From: a bacterium
Lineage (GTDB): Bacteria > Bdellovibrionota_C > UBA2361 > CALJRW01
Length of the DNA: 64,000 bases
Direction of reading: 5' to 3'
NCBI GenBank assembly: GCA_031385045.1
Contig: JANNBC010000025.1
Location: 1 to 64,000, forward strand
The number at the start of each line of letters is the position of its first letter. Position 1 is the stretch's first letter. The notes under the pieces were generated by a model. The model was not told the origin of the DNA. It saw only the letters and a list, made by a program, of their open reading frames with translations, and did not search any database. Both the position numbers and the translations under genes were made by a program. Of the stretch, positions 9,987 to 20,688 are shown one piece after another.

Positions 9987-10347
9987 AGAGTTAAGCAAGT
10001 AGTCGCAGTAATTTAATTATTATTGAGGAAAGTCGGAGCTTCATAGAGCAGGCTAGCTGTTAACGGCAGCTCAAGGTGACTTGGGGAAAGTGCCACAGAA
10101 ATTAAACCACCTTTCGTTGCCTCGGCGATGTAGGGAAAGGGTGAAACGGTGAGGTAAGAGCTCACCAGCAAAGGGGTAACTCTTTGGCTTGGTAAACCCT
10201 AGCTGATGCAAGACTAAATTGAGTGTTATGTGTTGCTCGCACTGATTGGAAACAATCAAGCTCAGGTAAGTCGCATGAGGATTTTGGCAACAAAATTCCC
10301 AGATAAATGACTACATAATTACAAAACTCCGCTTATCGCTTAACTCT
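9987..10347 (+). ncRNA. rnpB: RNase P RNA, bacterial type A
   Basis: gaggaaagtc, agtgccacagaaa, gggtgaaacggtgaggtaagagctcacc, ggtaaaccc, acaaaactccgcttat; P1 helix agagttaagc/gcttaactct. Confidence 0.97.
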
Positions 10348-10390
10348 TTTTAATCTTCTTTTGATAAAATCAAAAGAAGATTAAAAAGAG

Positions 10391-10446
10391 TCCGCCGAAG
10401 CTTTCTTGTCCGCCGAAGCTTTAGCGAAGGAGGAAGCGAAGGAGGA
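10391..10446 (+). repeat. Nested doublet of REP-like palindrome
   Basis: tccgccgaagc-tttcttg-[tccgccgaagctttagcgaaggagga]-agcgaaggagga. Confidence 0.85.
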
Positions 10447-10503
10447 CAATGGTTCCTTGATAGATTCTTTGTTGAATCAAAAATAACAAAAAGTGCAGAT
10501 ATT

Positions 10504-11589
10504 ATGTTACCAAATTATTGCTACCGAAATGTTGTAGAAACTTTGATCTGTTTATTCTTTCTTCTACAACTTTCCACCTCAACCTCTTTCGCCGAAGACA
10601 CCATAAAAATCCCAGTCATGCTAGGTCAAACAGGAGCATCCTCAGTCTTTGGTGCCGAAGAATTTAAGGGCTATACTCTGGCAGTCGAGGAATGGAATAG
10701 TAAGGGTGGTATCGCTGGTAAGAAAATAGAGCTTCAGGTAGAAGATACTCAAACATCCCAAGCATCAATTGTCTCTGGATTTTATAGGATCGCTATGTCT
10801 AATCCAGCATTTATTCTTGGACCAACATGGCTAGATGGTTTTCCAGCGATCATTCCACTTGCTGAGAAAAAAGAGATTGCCTTAGTTACACCTAGTGCCT
10901 CAGTGGAAGCATTTGGTCGTTATGCGGGCTGGCCAATATCATTTTATTTTAATACTACTGTTGAGATTCAGACCCTGATTGCTGATTTAAAGCAGAGAAA
11001 GATTGCCGATCGAGTGGCCTTAATTTATCAGGCGGATCCTTACGCCGAGCTTGTACGAAAATTAATATTAACTGAGAAAGTGAATGTCGTGGAGGATATT
11101 GGAGTACAAGCTGGGGAGATGGATTTTCGCGCCAGTTTAGCTCGATTATCAAAGAAGAAACCGGATGTCGTGATTATACTTGTTTGGGATGAAAAATCTT
11201 TATTGTCATTATTTCAACAGATAAATATTGTAGTTCCTAACCTAAAGTTAGCCAGTATTCATGATGGAGACGCTTGGTGTAAGCACCCAACTTTTTCTCC
11301 GCACATTAATCAGCTAATTTTTACTAGGTTTCTTGTGGACGATCAAAGCTTTCTTTCGCGTTTTCAAAAAAGATTTAATGCCCAACCTTTGCTGACAGCT
11401 TCAACTGCATATGATGCGGCCAACAATGTTTTTATAGCTTTAAATCAGGGTGTTTCTACGGGAAAAGGATTACATGATTTTTTAACAACTAGAGAATTGG
11501 ATACTGCTACCTTTGGTAAAGTTAGGCTAACTCAGAGTCGAGGAATTGCTACATCGCGAGTGGTTGTTGAGGAGTTTCTGAAAGATTGA
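10504..11589 (+). CDS. ABC transporter substrate-binding protein, LivJ-like
   Basis: Signal peptide; LAVEEWNSKGGIAGKKIELQVEDT; AYDAA. Confidence 0.85.
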   Translation: MLPNYCYRNVVETLICLFFLLQLSTSTSFAEDTIKIPVMLGQTGASSVFGAEEFKGYTLAVEEWNSKGGIAGKKIELQVEDTQTSQASIVSGFYRIAMSNPAFILGPTWLDGFPAIIPLAEKKEIALVTPSASVEAFGRYAGWPISFYFNTTVEIQTLIADLKQRKIADRVALIYQADPYAELVRKLILTEKVNVVEDIGVQAGEMDFRASLARLSKKKPDVVIILVWDEKSLLSLFQQINIVVPNLKLASIHDGDAWCKHPTFSPHINQLIFTRFLVDDQSFLSRFQKRFNAQPLLTASTAYDAANNVFIALNQGVSTGKGLHDFLTTRELDTATFGKVRLTQSRGIATSRVVVEEFLKD

Positions 11590-11666
11590 AATATTTAGGG
11601 AGGGGGATTTCTGAACCATTTCTATTTAAAAAATGATTCAGTAGTTTTTTTTGGTAAAAATAATTT

Positions 11667-11996
11667 CTACCAAAGCTCTTCTAGATCAATTGATCCCATA
11701 ACTAATTTACGGGCAATATCTTCTCCGTAAGCAGTTAGGCACCAAAAATCAGAAGTGAAGTCACCATGAGGGTAGGGAGAGACTAATTTTTGCCCTTCCA
11801 TGATATAAAGAAATCTTAGGATTTCATCCTCATTTTTTAACTTAGAACCTTCAGCCATTATTTTAACTGTATAATTCGCTTCTGTCGGGGCTAAGCCTTG
11901 TTTTTCAGCATCCTTATACATGTATTCTAACAGCTCAAACTGTCGCTTGTAGTAATTTTCGTTAAAAAGAATTTGTTCTTCAGAAGATCTTTGCAT
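11667..11996 (-). CDS. Hypothetical protein (possible winged helix)
   Basis: Helix then LV...WCLTAYG.. pattern; ATG start. Confidence 0.6.
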   Translation of the reverse strand: MQRSSEEQILFNENYYKRQFELLEYMYKDAEKQGLAPTEANYTVKIMAEGSKLKNEDEILRFLYIMEGQKLVSPYPHGDFTSDFWCLTAYGEDIARKLVMGSIDLEELW

Positions 11997-12081
11997 TGGT
12001 ATTATTCAAGAATTAAAGAGTGGATTTAAGCACTTATAGTAGCTTATTATTGTGGTCTTAAGCAAGTTTTTAGGTGTTTTT

Positions 12082-12996
12082 TTAGATAAAAAGCTCATTT
12101 ACAGACAAATATCTTTCCCCAGTGTCATAGCAAAAGGTTAAAATTGTTTTTCCTGCTGGTATATCTAGTAGTTTTTGTTGAACTGCCGCCAAGGAAGCTC
12201 CAGAGGAGACACCAATAAAAATACCCTCTTGTTTAACGCACTGACGAGCCATCTCAAAGGCATCTTTAGGATCTACTTTAATAACTCCATCAATCAGTTC
12301 CATTTTTAAGTTTTTTGGAATAAAGCCTGCCCCGATTCCCTGAATTGGATGGGGACCCGGTGCTTCTCCCGAAATAACAGCAGAAACAGTTGGCTCTACT
12401 GCAAAAACTTTCAAATTAGGAAAATGTTTTTTGAGCAGTTGAGCACATGCTGTAATATGTCCGCCAGTTCCAACCCCTGTAATTAAATAATCGAGTCCAT
12501 CAGGAAAATCTTTTAAGATTTCTTCCGCAGTAGTTTTGAGGTGGACTTCGATATTAGCAGGATTTGAAAATTGATCTGGTGACCAGGCATTCTCGGTAGC
12601 TTCCACTAGTTCAATCGATTTTTGAATTGCGCCTTTCATCCCCAATTCTCTAGGTGTTAGAACTAATTCTGCACCAAGATTTTGCATATAGCGACGTCGC
12701 TCGAGAGACATTGACTCTGGCATTACTAAAATTAGTCGATAGCCTTTAACAGCGCAGACCATGGCAAGTCCAATTCCAGTATTCCCAGAGGTGGGTTCAA
12801 TAATGACACCATCTTTTTTTAACTTACCGCTTTTTTCAGCATCTTCAATCATTGCCAAGGCAATTCTGTCCTTAATACTAGCACCAGGATTTGCTCTTTC
12901 TAATTTCATCCAAACTTGGTGCTTAGTTCCAAATAAATTGTTGATTTTTACGTGAGGGGTGTTGCCAATTGTTTCTAGGATGTTATTTACTTTCAT
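12082..12996 (-). CDS. cysK: Cysteine synthase A
   Basis: [11 protein letters not shown] (PLP lysine), [36 protein letters not shown]. Confidence 0.97.
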   Translation of the reverse strand: MKVNNILETIGNTPHVKINNLFGTKHQVWMKLERANPGASIKDRIALAMIEDAEKSGKLKKDGVIIEPTSGNTGIGLAMVCAVKGYRLILVMPESMSLERRRYMQNLGAELVLTPRELGMKGAIQKSIELVEATENAWSPDQFSNPANIEVHLKTTAEEILKDFPDGLDYLITGVGTGGHITACAQLLKKHFPNLKVFAVEPTVSAVISGEAPGPHPIQGIGAGFIPKNLKMELIDGVIKVDPKDAFEMARQCVKQEGIFIGVSSGASLAAVQQKLLDIPAGKTILTFCYDTGERYLSVNELFI

Positions 12997-13020
12997 ATTT
13001 AGTTATTTAAGCTTATTATT

Positions 13021-13221
13021 TATATAGTAATGACAAAAAATAATTTACGTTAGTAAATTAAATACTGTCATTGCGGCGAATGCAAATCTTGGATTTTTGT
13101 CCTACCAAAGCCTATGCGGCGGCGGATATCCAAGTTTACATCGCTAAAAACAATACAAATAGGGAGTCCAAACAAAATCGTTAGTTTTTTAACGTAATTT
13201 ATTTTTTGGACTCACTATATA
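13021..13221. mobile_element. 201-bp MITE-like element with imperfect terminal inverted repeats and TA ends
   Basis: Left end tatatagtaatgacaaaaaataatttacgtta; reverse complement of right end tatatagtgagtccaaaaaataaattacgtta; central hairpin carries a REP-like unit at 13100-13126. Confidence 0.7.
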
Positions 13222-13348
13222 AGTTGTTGAATTAACACTTTGCTGTAGCTTTCATATTATAGGCAGTACTTACTTTTCTGTACATTGTAAATTTAAGCAT
13301 ATTTCGCTATAAAATCCTGATTAATTTATAACTTTAGATCGCAATAAA

Positions 13349-14041
13349 ATGAAACTATCAGTCATTATTCCTTGTTATAACGAAAAAGAAACTATTCATC
13401 AGATTATTGATGCTGTAAAGGCAGCTCCAGTGAGAGATTTAGAAATTATTATTGTTGATGATTTTTCTACCGATGGAACTCGTGAGCTCCTAAGGGAGGA
13501 AGTCGTTGGGCGAGTCGATAAGATTATTTACCACCCATATAACCAAGGGAAGGGGGCGGCACTTCGAACTGGTATTAAAGAAGCAACTGGGGATTTGGTG
13601 ATTATTCAAGATGCTGACTTAGAGTACGATCCTCAAGAATATGGAATTTTAATTGAGCCAATCTTGAAAGATCGGGCTGATGTAGTTTTTGGATCTAGGT
13701 TCATGGGGGCTGCTCCACACCGAGTAGTTTATTTTTGGCATATGATGGGTAACAAGTTCTTAACCTTATTATCTAATATGTTCACAAATATTAACTTAAC
13801 CGATATGGAAACTTGTTATAAAGTTTTCCGAAGAGAAATTATTCAAAATATTAAAATTGAGGAAGAGCGTTTTGGATTTGAGCCAGAGATTACAGCGAAG
13901 ATTTCTCGTGCGAAATGCCGCATTTATGAGGTTGGTATTTCCTATTATGGACGAACTTACGAGGAAGGAAAAAAGATTGGCTGGCGTGACGGTTTTAGAG
14001 CGATCTATGCAATTATTAAATATAATACATGGGCAGTTTAG
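13349..14041 (+). CDS. Glycosyltransferase family 2 (polyprenol-phosphate sugar synthase-like)
   Basis: [42 protein letters not shown]. Confidence 0.95.
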   Translation: MKLSVIIPCYNEKETIHQIIDAVKAAPVRDLEIIIVDDFSTDGTRELLREEVVGRVDKIIYHPYNQGKGAALRTGIKEATGDLVIIQDADLEYDPQEYGILIEPILKDRADVVFGSRFMGAAPHRVVYFWHMMGNKFLTLLSNMFTNINLTDMETCYKVFRREIIQNIKIEEERFGFEPEITAKISRAKCRIYEVGISYYGRTYEEGKKIGWRDGFRAIYAIIKYNTWAV

Positions 14042-15474
14042 AAGTAGAATCTGAAAGTTCCAAGTATATCTTTGTCGATCTAGATGGGACCTTACTTAAA
14101 AGCGACCTTTTCTTTGAAGGTTTGATCGTAATTGCTAAGCAAAGCCCATTGGTTTTTCTGCAAATTATTTTTATCCTACTCTTGCGAGGTAAGGCTCAAG
14201 CCAAAGCATTGCTAGCTGAAAAGGTATCTCCCGATCTACAACTAACACCGCTTACTGTTCATTTTTTTGACTACCTACTTAATGAAAAAAAAAGTGGTCG
14301 TAAGGTTATTCTAGCAACTGCTAGTAATCAGCTTTGGGCAGAGCAGGTAGTAAAGCATTTTACAGTATTTGAAGATTACATAGCGAGTACTGCCAATTTT
14401 AATAATATTGGTAAGAATAAACTAGCCAAGATTAAAGAATATACTGGGGGGCAACCTTATGAGTATTGTGGGAATGATTCCAGAGACTTGCCGATCTGGG
14501 CCGAGGCTCAGGAAATAGTTGTCGTGAATGCCAGTCCAGCTATTATTAAAAAAGCCTGTGCACTAAAAAAACCTAAATATTTATTTAATGAACAGTATCG
14601 TCCAGTTGGAAAATCATTAATTAAATTACTTCGTCCACATCAATGGGCTAAGAATCTATTAATCTTCTTACCAATTGGCTTGGCACATCATATTTTTGAT
14701 TTTGCAAATCTTTGTGCTGCATTATTAGCCTTTATAGTTTTTAGCTTAACTGCCTCAGCAGTATATGTTTTAAATGATTTAGCTGACTTAGAAGCAGACC
14801 GCTTACATCAAACAAAGAATAAGCGACCATTAGCTTCTGCTGATTTTCCAATTAAGTACGTTTTTCTTTTAATTCCAGTTTTAATTATTGCGGCTCTTGG
14901 GATTACAGCAACATTACCAATTAATTTTGCATATAGTCTGTTGGTTTATTTTTTAGTTACCACTGCTTACTCAATTCATTTGAAACAGGTTGTTGTTTTA
15001 GATATTATTATTTTATCTTTATTATATACTATTCGGATTTTAGCTGGTGGTTTTGCCACACAAGTGGAGGTCTCGTTTTGGTTAATGGCCTTCTCACTGT
15101 TTTTCTTTTTTAGTTTGGCTACTCTTAAGCGGTATGTGGAGTTAGTTAAATCTGCTAATCTGAGTAGTACTGTCGCTCGTCGGGGGTATTCTGCTTTAGA
15201 TCTAAATATTGTAGCAATTGTTGGAGTTGCTGGTGGATTAGTCTCTGTCTTGGTGATGGCCTTGTATATTCATAATAGTGGCCTTAAAATTCTTTATCGT
15301 GACATTGAATTTCTCTGGATGCTTTGTCCAGTTTTATTGTACTGGATTACCCGAATTTGGATTTTAGCAAATCGTGGTCAAGTGAATGAAGATCCAGTGC
15401 TGTTTGCTTTGAAAGATCGAGCTAGTTATTTCGTCGGTTTAATTACTATTGTCATTCTGTGTTTAGCAAAATAG
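14029..15474 (+). CDS. HAD-like + UbiA family polyprenyl-phosphate phosphoribosyltransferase
   Basis: VDLDGTL N-terminal domain; [34 protein letters not shown]. Confidence 0.92.
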   Translation: MGSLEVESESSKYIFVDLDGTLLKSDLFFEGLIVIAKQSPLVFLQIIFILLLRGKAQAKALLAEKVSPDLQLTPLTVHFFDYLLNEKKSGRKVILATASNQLWAEQVVKHFTVFEDYIASTANFNNIGKNKLAKIKEYTGGQPYEYCGNDSRDLPIWAEAQEIVVVNASPAIIKKACALKKPKYLFNEQYRPVGKSLIKLLRPHQWAKNLLIFLPIGLAHHIFDFANLCAALLAFIVFSLTASAVYVLNDLADLEADRLHQTKNKRPLASADFPIKYVFLLIPVLIIAALGITATLPINFAYSLLVYFLVTTAYSIHLKQVVVLDIIILSLLYTIRILAGGFATQVEVSFWLMAFSLFFFFSLATLKRYVELVKSANLSSTVARRGYSALDLNIVAIVGVAGGLVSVLVMALYIHNSGLKILYRDIEFLWMLCPVLLYWITRIWILANRGQVNEDPVLFALKDRASYFVGLITIVILCLAK

Positions 15475-15508
15475 CAGCTATTCAAATTAATTTAAGTTTT
15501 TAAGAAAA

Positions 15509-16801
15509 ATGGAATATTTATCATGGGGGCGGTATCCAAAGGCCAAGCATCATTCCATACCATTATATTGGCAGTCAGAATTACCAGAGTTTGATCATAG
15601 TAAAACATACTTAGCCTATGGTCTAGGTCGAAGTTACGGCGACTCCTGTTTGAATGATCAAGGCGAGCTGCTAGTTACTTCAGGCTTAAATAAGATTATT
15701 AGTTTTGATTCTCAAACTGGTATTATTGAATGTGAGGCTGGCCTTAGTTTGCAGGATTTAATTAATTTTGCCTTACCCCAAGGTTGGTTTTTACCAGTGT
15801 CTCCAGGTACCAAATTTGTAACAATTGGTGGTGCGATTGCCAATGATATCCATGGAAAAAACCATCACCAAGCAGGAACCTTCGGTAGCTTTGTAAAAAG
15901 TTTTAAGTTACTTCGTTCTAACCAGACTATTTATCACTGTTCTCCAACAAACAATCTTAATTTGTTTAATGCAACAATTGCTGGATTAGGTCTTACAGGA
16001 TTGATAGTCAGTGCTCGGATTCAACTGAAAAAAGTTAGGGGACCATTAATTCAGCAAGAAGTAATTAAGTTTCAAGGCTTAGAGGAATTTATGGAGATTT
16101 CTCAAAGCTCGGCTGGATATGAATATACGGTAGCTTGGCTTGATTGTGTAAGCTCTGGGGAAAATTTTGCTCGAGGGCATTTTATTCGTGGCAATCACAG
16201 TGAGACTTCTAGCACTAATTATGTTTATCGAAAGTTACCACTGACGGTTCCCTTTAATTTTCCAAGTTTTGCTTTAAATAAATACTCAGTTAAGGCCTTT
16301 AATCATCTCTATTATAATCGACAAATACCTAAAGAAAAAAAATCGGAAGTTCATTATGATCCATTTTTCTATCCGCTAGATGGAGTTAGTAATTGGAATC
16401 GAATCTATGGTTCGGCAGGCTTATTGCAATTTCAGTGCGTTGTACCTTTTAATGATGGCTTGGCTGGTATTAAAGAGATTATGAAGATGGTGGTAGCCTC
16501 TGGTCGAGCCTCGTTCTTAGCTGTCCTAAAAGAGTTTGGTGATATTCCATCTCCTGGAATGTTATCATTTCCTCGAGCGGGTATTACACTTTGCCTAGAT
16601 TTTCCTAACTGTGTTGCAACAAGAGAATTATTGAAACGGCTTGATTTGAAAGTACGAGAATTAGGTGGTGCTAGTTATCCAGCAAAGGATGCAATCTTTC
16701 CAAAAGAGAGTTTTATGGTTTATTATCCAAGATGGAAGGAATTTACAGAATTTAAAGATCCTAGTTTTTGTTCTGATTTTTGGAAGAGAGTTACAAGATG
16801 A
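15509..16801 (+). CDS. FAD-binding oxidoreductase, DprE1-like epimerase subunit
   Basis: GLGRSYGDS, PVSPGTKFVTIGGAIANDIHGKNHH, SFLAVLKEFG. Confidence 0.92.
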   Translation: MEYLSWGRYPKAKHHSIPLYWQSELPEFDHSKTYLAYGLGRSYGDSCLNDQGELLVTSGLNKIISFDSQTGIIECEAGLSLQDLINFALPQGWFLPVSPGTKFVTIGGAIANDIHGKNHHQAGTFGSFVKSFKLLRSNQTIYHCSPTNNLNLFNATIAGLGLTGLIVSARIQLKKVRGPLIQQEVIKFQGLEEFMEISQSSAGYEYTVAWLDCVSSGENFARGHFIRGNHSETSSTNYVYRKLPLTVPFNFPSFALNKYSVKAFNHLYYNRQIPKEKKSEVHYDPFFYPLDGVSNWNRIYGSAGLLQFQCVVPFNDGLAGIKEIMKMVVASGRASFLAVLKEFGDIPSPGMLSFPRAGITLCLDFPNCVATRELLKRLDLKVRELGGASYPAKDAIFPKESFMVYYPRWKEFTEFKDPSFCSDFWKRVTR

Positions 16802-17535
16802 GTAAAATTATATTTTTTGGTGCGACATCAGCGATTGCTTTAGCGACAGCACGTTTATATGCCGAGCAAGGTGCAGAGCTTTGTTTAATTGCTCGAAACA
16901 AAGAAAAACTAAGTGATATTGAGGCGGATCTAAAATCTCGTGGAGCAAAGAAGATCCATTTGATTGAATTTGCTTTAGCCAAATCGGAAGATCACACGGC
17001 ACTGTTTGCTGATATTAAAGAAGGGTTCGGGGATTTTGATATTGCCCTCGTCGCGTATGGCTCTCTTGGTAAACAAAAATCTTTAGAGATGGATTTTAGT
17101 CAAGCTCAACAAGAACTTGATGTGAACTTTATTAGTGTTGTTTCAATCTTAACTTCTTTGGCAAACTATTTCAGTCAGAGAAAGCAGGGGACTATTGCTG
17201 TTATTTCTTCTGTTGCCGGAGATCGTGGACGACAAAGTAATTATATTTATGGTGCAGCGAAAGGCGCGCTAACACTGCTACTACAGGGTCTCCGAAATCG
17301 CTTGCATAGTGATGGAGTGCAGGTACTAACAATTAAACCGGGCTTTATTGACACTCCCATGACGGCTGATGTTAAGAAGAATTTTTTATTCGTGAAGCCT
17401 GAAGTTATTGCCTTAGATATTAAAAGAGCAATCGAAACCAAGAAGGATGTAATTTATGTGCCATGGTTTTGGCGCTATATCATGATGATAATCAAGATTA
17501 TTCCGGAGTCAATTTTCAAAAGATTGAAATTATAA
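16798..17535 (+). CDS. SDR oxidoreductase, DprE2-like
   Basis: GATSAIA, SSVAGDRGRQSNYIYGAAK, KPGFIDTPMT; ATG at 16798 overlaps the upstream stop (ATGA). Confidence 0.92.
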   Translation: MSKIIFFGATSAIALATARLYAEQGAELCLIARNKEKLSDIEADLKSRGAKKIHLIEFALAKSEDHTALFADIKEGFGDFDIALVAYGSLGKQKSLEMDFSQAQQELDVNFISVVSILTSLANYFSQRKQGTIAVISSVAGDRGRQSNYIYGAAKGALTLLLQGLRNRLHSDGVQVLTIKPGFIDTPMTADVKKNFLFVKPEVIALDIKRAIETKKDVIYVPWFWRYIMMIIKIIPESIFKRLKL

Positions 17536-18497
17536 TGCGGCACTTTCTCCTAATTATTTGGCTCTATATTTCAGCTTGTGCTTTACCTAATGAAGCATTG
17601 CGACAGGTAGAAAGTTTTGTTCCCAAAGAAGAGCAGGTGGCTATTCAGCTAGTGCGTGAAGGTAGTGATTATTTCCTAAAGGGGCGCTACTACAATGCGG
17701 AAATGAAGTTCCGAGAAGCTGATTTTTTATTTCCAAAGCAAAAAAATATTGAAATTAATTTAATTAATACCTTAATTAAGTCCCAACAATTTGATGCAGC
17801 TAAGGATTCCATCACTCAATTATCTCGTCGCTTACCAGAAGATTTAGATGTCATGATTTTATATGCTAAGTATTATCAAGCAATTGGAAATTATCAAGCT
17901 GCGATCGAGCGCTGGAATGCAAGTTTAGTAATGGCTAGGAAATTTGAAGTTATTGACTATCAGGCAACTATTGCTGAGAATCTAAGCGCTATTTATTTTT
18001 TAATTGGCGAAGAGGATTTAGCTCTACAATATGAAGGTCATAGCTTTCACTTATTAAATAATCCAGAAGTTAAAGCAAATTATGCCCGTTTGCAGGTAGC
18101 TCTTGGTCTTGATCGTTTTTCCGAAGATTTAAAAGTAAATCCCAATCGTTTAAGTAAATTAGATCAAGATTTTCTTACATGGCAATTACTAATGACTCAA
18201 GTCGCTAATGCTGAGCATTCCACTAAATTAATCAACCAAATGCGCTTATTTAATGGAGAGAAAACTAAACTCTCCTTGGATTTACAGTTTTTAGAAATAA
18301 TTTCCAAAATCGAGATTGCGCCAGAAGACAAAGATGCGCTTCAGGAAAAAATCCTTCCAGCACTATGGCGTGAAGGTTCATTGAAACCTGATGTTCGGTT
18401 ATACTGGCCGATTAATTTAATTCAAGATTTACAAAAAACTTGTAAGTCCTTAGCAACGGATAATTCTACTTCTTTTCTTGATTGCTCAATTCTCTGA
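17535..18497 (+). CDS. TPR-repeat lipoprotein
   Basis: ATG at 17535 overlaps the upstream TAA; lipobox ISAC; TPR-like helices. Confidence 0.75.
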   Translation: MRHFLLIIWLYISACALPNEALRQVESFVPKEEQVAIQLVREGSDYFLKGRYYNAEMKFREADFLFPKQKNIEINLINTLIKSQQFDAAKDSITQLSRRLPEDLDVMILYAKYYQAIGNYQAAIERWNASLVMARKFEVIDYQATIAENLSAIYFLIGEEDLALQYEGHSFHLLNNPEVKANYARLQVALGLDRFSEDLKVNPNRLSKLDQDFLTWQLLMTQVANAEHSTKLINQMRLFNGEKTKLSLDLQFLEIISKIEIAPEDKDALQEKILPALWREGSLKPDVRLYWPINLIQDLQKTCKSLATDNSTSFLDCSIL

Positions 18498-18501
18498 TTG
18501 G

Positions 18502-19908
18502 CTAGAGCATGTCATCGCCAAAGTCTAGATCAATAATTCTTTGTTGACTTGGACCTTCCTCTTTATTTGATTGACCTTGGAAATTCTCCTCTAAATTATC
18601 AAATTTAGTAAATTCTGGAGCAAAGGCTAGGCGAACTGTTCCTGTTGGTCCAGAACGGTGCTTGGCTAAGATTAGCTCGGCAACATTTTGATCTTCTGTC
18701 TCAGGATTGTAAACCACGTCACGATAAATAAACATGATAATATCGGCATCTTGTTCAATCGCTCCAGATTCCCGGAGATCGGACATCATTGGTCGTTTAT
18801 CCACGCGTGATTCCACGGAACGATTTAACTGACCAAGCGCTAAAATTGGGACGCTTAATTCTTTAGCGAGTGCTTTCAAGGAGCGAGAAATATCGGCAAT
18901 TTCTTGTTCGCGATTATTGGTATAAAGCGGACTTTTCATTAATTGTAGGTAATCTACAATAATTAATGAGAGCGGGGCTTCGCGGTGTAGACGACGTGAT
19001 TTGGCACGCATCGCCGTTACGCTCAGCGCAGGTGTATCATCAATATAAATTGGTGCTTCCGAAATTTTACTCGCGGCATCCACAAGTCTTGGGAAATCAC
19101 GTTCTGCTAAAAATCCAGTTCGGACTTTTGAGCTATCAACTCGAGCTTCGGCACAAAGCATCCTAAGGACAAGTTGTTCCTTGGACATCTCCAGCGAGAA
19201 AACAGCAACGTTTAGACCTTCATGGATTCCTATGTGCTGAGCCATGGAAAGTGCTAAAGCCGTTTTTCCCATAGCCGGACGAGCAGCAATTACAATTAAA
19301 TCTGATTTTTGAAAGCCAGCAGTTAATTTATTTAGATCGTTAAATCCTGTGTGCACGCCTGTGATTGGATCTTTACGATCATACATCTGCTCAATCGTAC
19401 TGATTGAATCGGAAACAATATCAGAAACTCTGGTAAAGCCACTTCCAGAACGATCGTCAGATATTCGAAGTATTTTTTGCTCTACCTGATCTAAGAAGTC
19501 ATGAAGCTCTGTGTCAGTTTTGAAAGCATCGCCGATAATCATGGAGGCTTCGTGGATTAATTTCCGACGAATAGACATATCCTTCACTAATTTTGAGTAA
19601 TGACTAATGCTTGCCGAGCTTGGTACTAATGATGATAGGCGAGAAAGGTAATCAATTCCGCCACATTGTTCTAGGACAGATTTATCGCGTAGGGCTTGAC
19701 TGAGGGTAATGATATCGATTGGTTCAATCTTTTCCGTCAGCTCAGTCATTGCTTGGAAGATTTGCTTGTGCGAAGCACGATAGAAATCTTCGGAACGAAC
19801 TTTGTCGAGGGCAAAGTTGATACAATCATTATCTAGTAAGATTGCGCCCAAGACTGATTCTTCAGCTTCAACTGAATGGGGTGGTGTCCGAGAATTGTTA
19901 TTAGACAA
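18502..19908 (-). CDS. dnaB: Replicative DNA helicase
   Basis: PPHSVEAEESVLGA, AARPAMGKT, VDYLQL, DLRESGAIEQDAD; TTG start. Confidence 0.98.
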   Translation of the reverse strand: MSNNNSRTPPHSVEAEESVLGAILLDNDCINFALDKVRSEDFYRASHKQIFQAMTELTEKIEPIDIITLSQALRDKSVLEQCGGIDYLSRLSSLVPSSASISHYSKLVKDMSIRRKLIHEASMIIGDAFKTDTELHDFLDQVEQKILRISDDRSGSGFTRVSDIVSDSISTIEQMYDRKDPITGVHTGFNDLNKLTAGFQKSDLIVIAARPAMGKTALALSMAQHIGIHEGLNVAVFSLEMSKEQLVLRMLCAEARVDSSKVRTGFLAERDFPRLVDAASKISEAPIYIDDTPALSVTAMRAKSRRLHREAPLSLIIVDYLQLMKSPLYTNNREQEIADISRSLKALAKELSVPILALGQLNRSVESRVDKRPMMSDLRESGAIEQDADIIMFIYRDVVYNPETEDQNVAELILAKHRSGPTGTVRLAFAPEFTKFDNLEENFQGQSNKEEGPSQQRIIDLDFGDDML

Positions 19909-20559
19909 TTATTCTCTCCAAATTAATTCTGAGTCAGAAAGATCAATCCACTTAGCAGAACCCTTGAGGACATCTTTTCCGGCCATTTCACGAAAGTCAG
20001 CACTAATCGTATCAACTTTTAGTTCAGAGATCAAAGAAATTGGATAAGTTAATTCTCGTGCAGGACAAACAATTGTCGCTACCTTTTTAATATTTTCTGG
20101 GTAGCTAGCCATTAATTCCTGATTTTTGAGATCATCTTCTGCATTCCAGGTATCCTCGCCATAAGATTCTAGGCGACTTAATCCGGAGAAATTGTAGTGA
20201 CCAAGGGCAAAAGCTGTTAAGTCGGCAGACATCTCTGGATAAATATCAACCTGTTTTTCCATTCCTTTAGGAGGTAATCGTTTAATGACTACATCAACGC
20301 CAGCTCTTTGGATGGCATCTAAATAGGAGTGATGTCTGGAGTCATCTTCAAATGGAATAATTGTATAATAGCGACAAACTGTTGGTTTGATTCCGCCAGA
20401 AAGGCTTTTAACTAATTTGGAAATTTCAACTTTGCGGTTAATTCTTCTGGTGGCTCGGTCAAGGCTAATGCCATCAATAAAGATACCAGTAACTTTTGGA
20501 GTACTACGTTTAATAACCTTGATCGTTTTCGTAACAGAAGTTTTTTTACTGACTGGCAT
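19909..20559 (-). CDS. NYN/LabA (PIN-like) domain protein, catalytically degenerate
   Basis: IFIDGISL start motif; RYY; EKQVDI; the SGDGDF motif is replaced by CPAREL. Confidence 0.7.
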   Translation of the reverse strand: MPVSKKTSVTKTIKVIKRSTPKVTGIFIDGISLDRATRRINRKVEISKLVKSLSGGIKPTVCRYYTIIPFEDDSRHHSYLDAIQRAGVDVVIKRLPPKGMEKQVDIYPEMSADLTAFALGHYNFSGLSRLESYGEDTWNAEDDLKNQELMASYPENIKKVATIVCPARELTYPISLISELKVDTISADFREMAGKDVLKGSAKWIDLSDSELIWRE

Positions 20560-20618
20560 CTACAATAACAAAAATATAATTGGGTAATAGTTATATGATA
20601 ATTTTTACCGAGAATCAA

Positions 20619-20666
20619 ATGCCCTCACCTGTGTGAGGGCATCCTCCGAAGCCCTGCGTAGGAGGA
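20619..20666. repeat. Hairpin plus REP-like palindrome
   Basis: atgccctcac-ctgt-gtgagggcat followed by tcctccgaagccctgcgtaggagga (20642-20666). Confidence 0.75.
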
Positions 20667-20688
20667 GTTTTCGTTAATAGTTTGCTTC

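Noticed and set aside
10071..10259. 62-aa ORF on the minus strand
   Set aside because: Antisense shadow of rnpB.
8432..10446. CRISPR array
   Set aside because: Repeats are isolated or nested, with no regular spacers and no cas genes.
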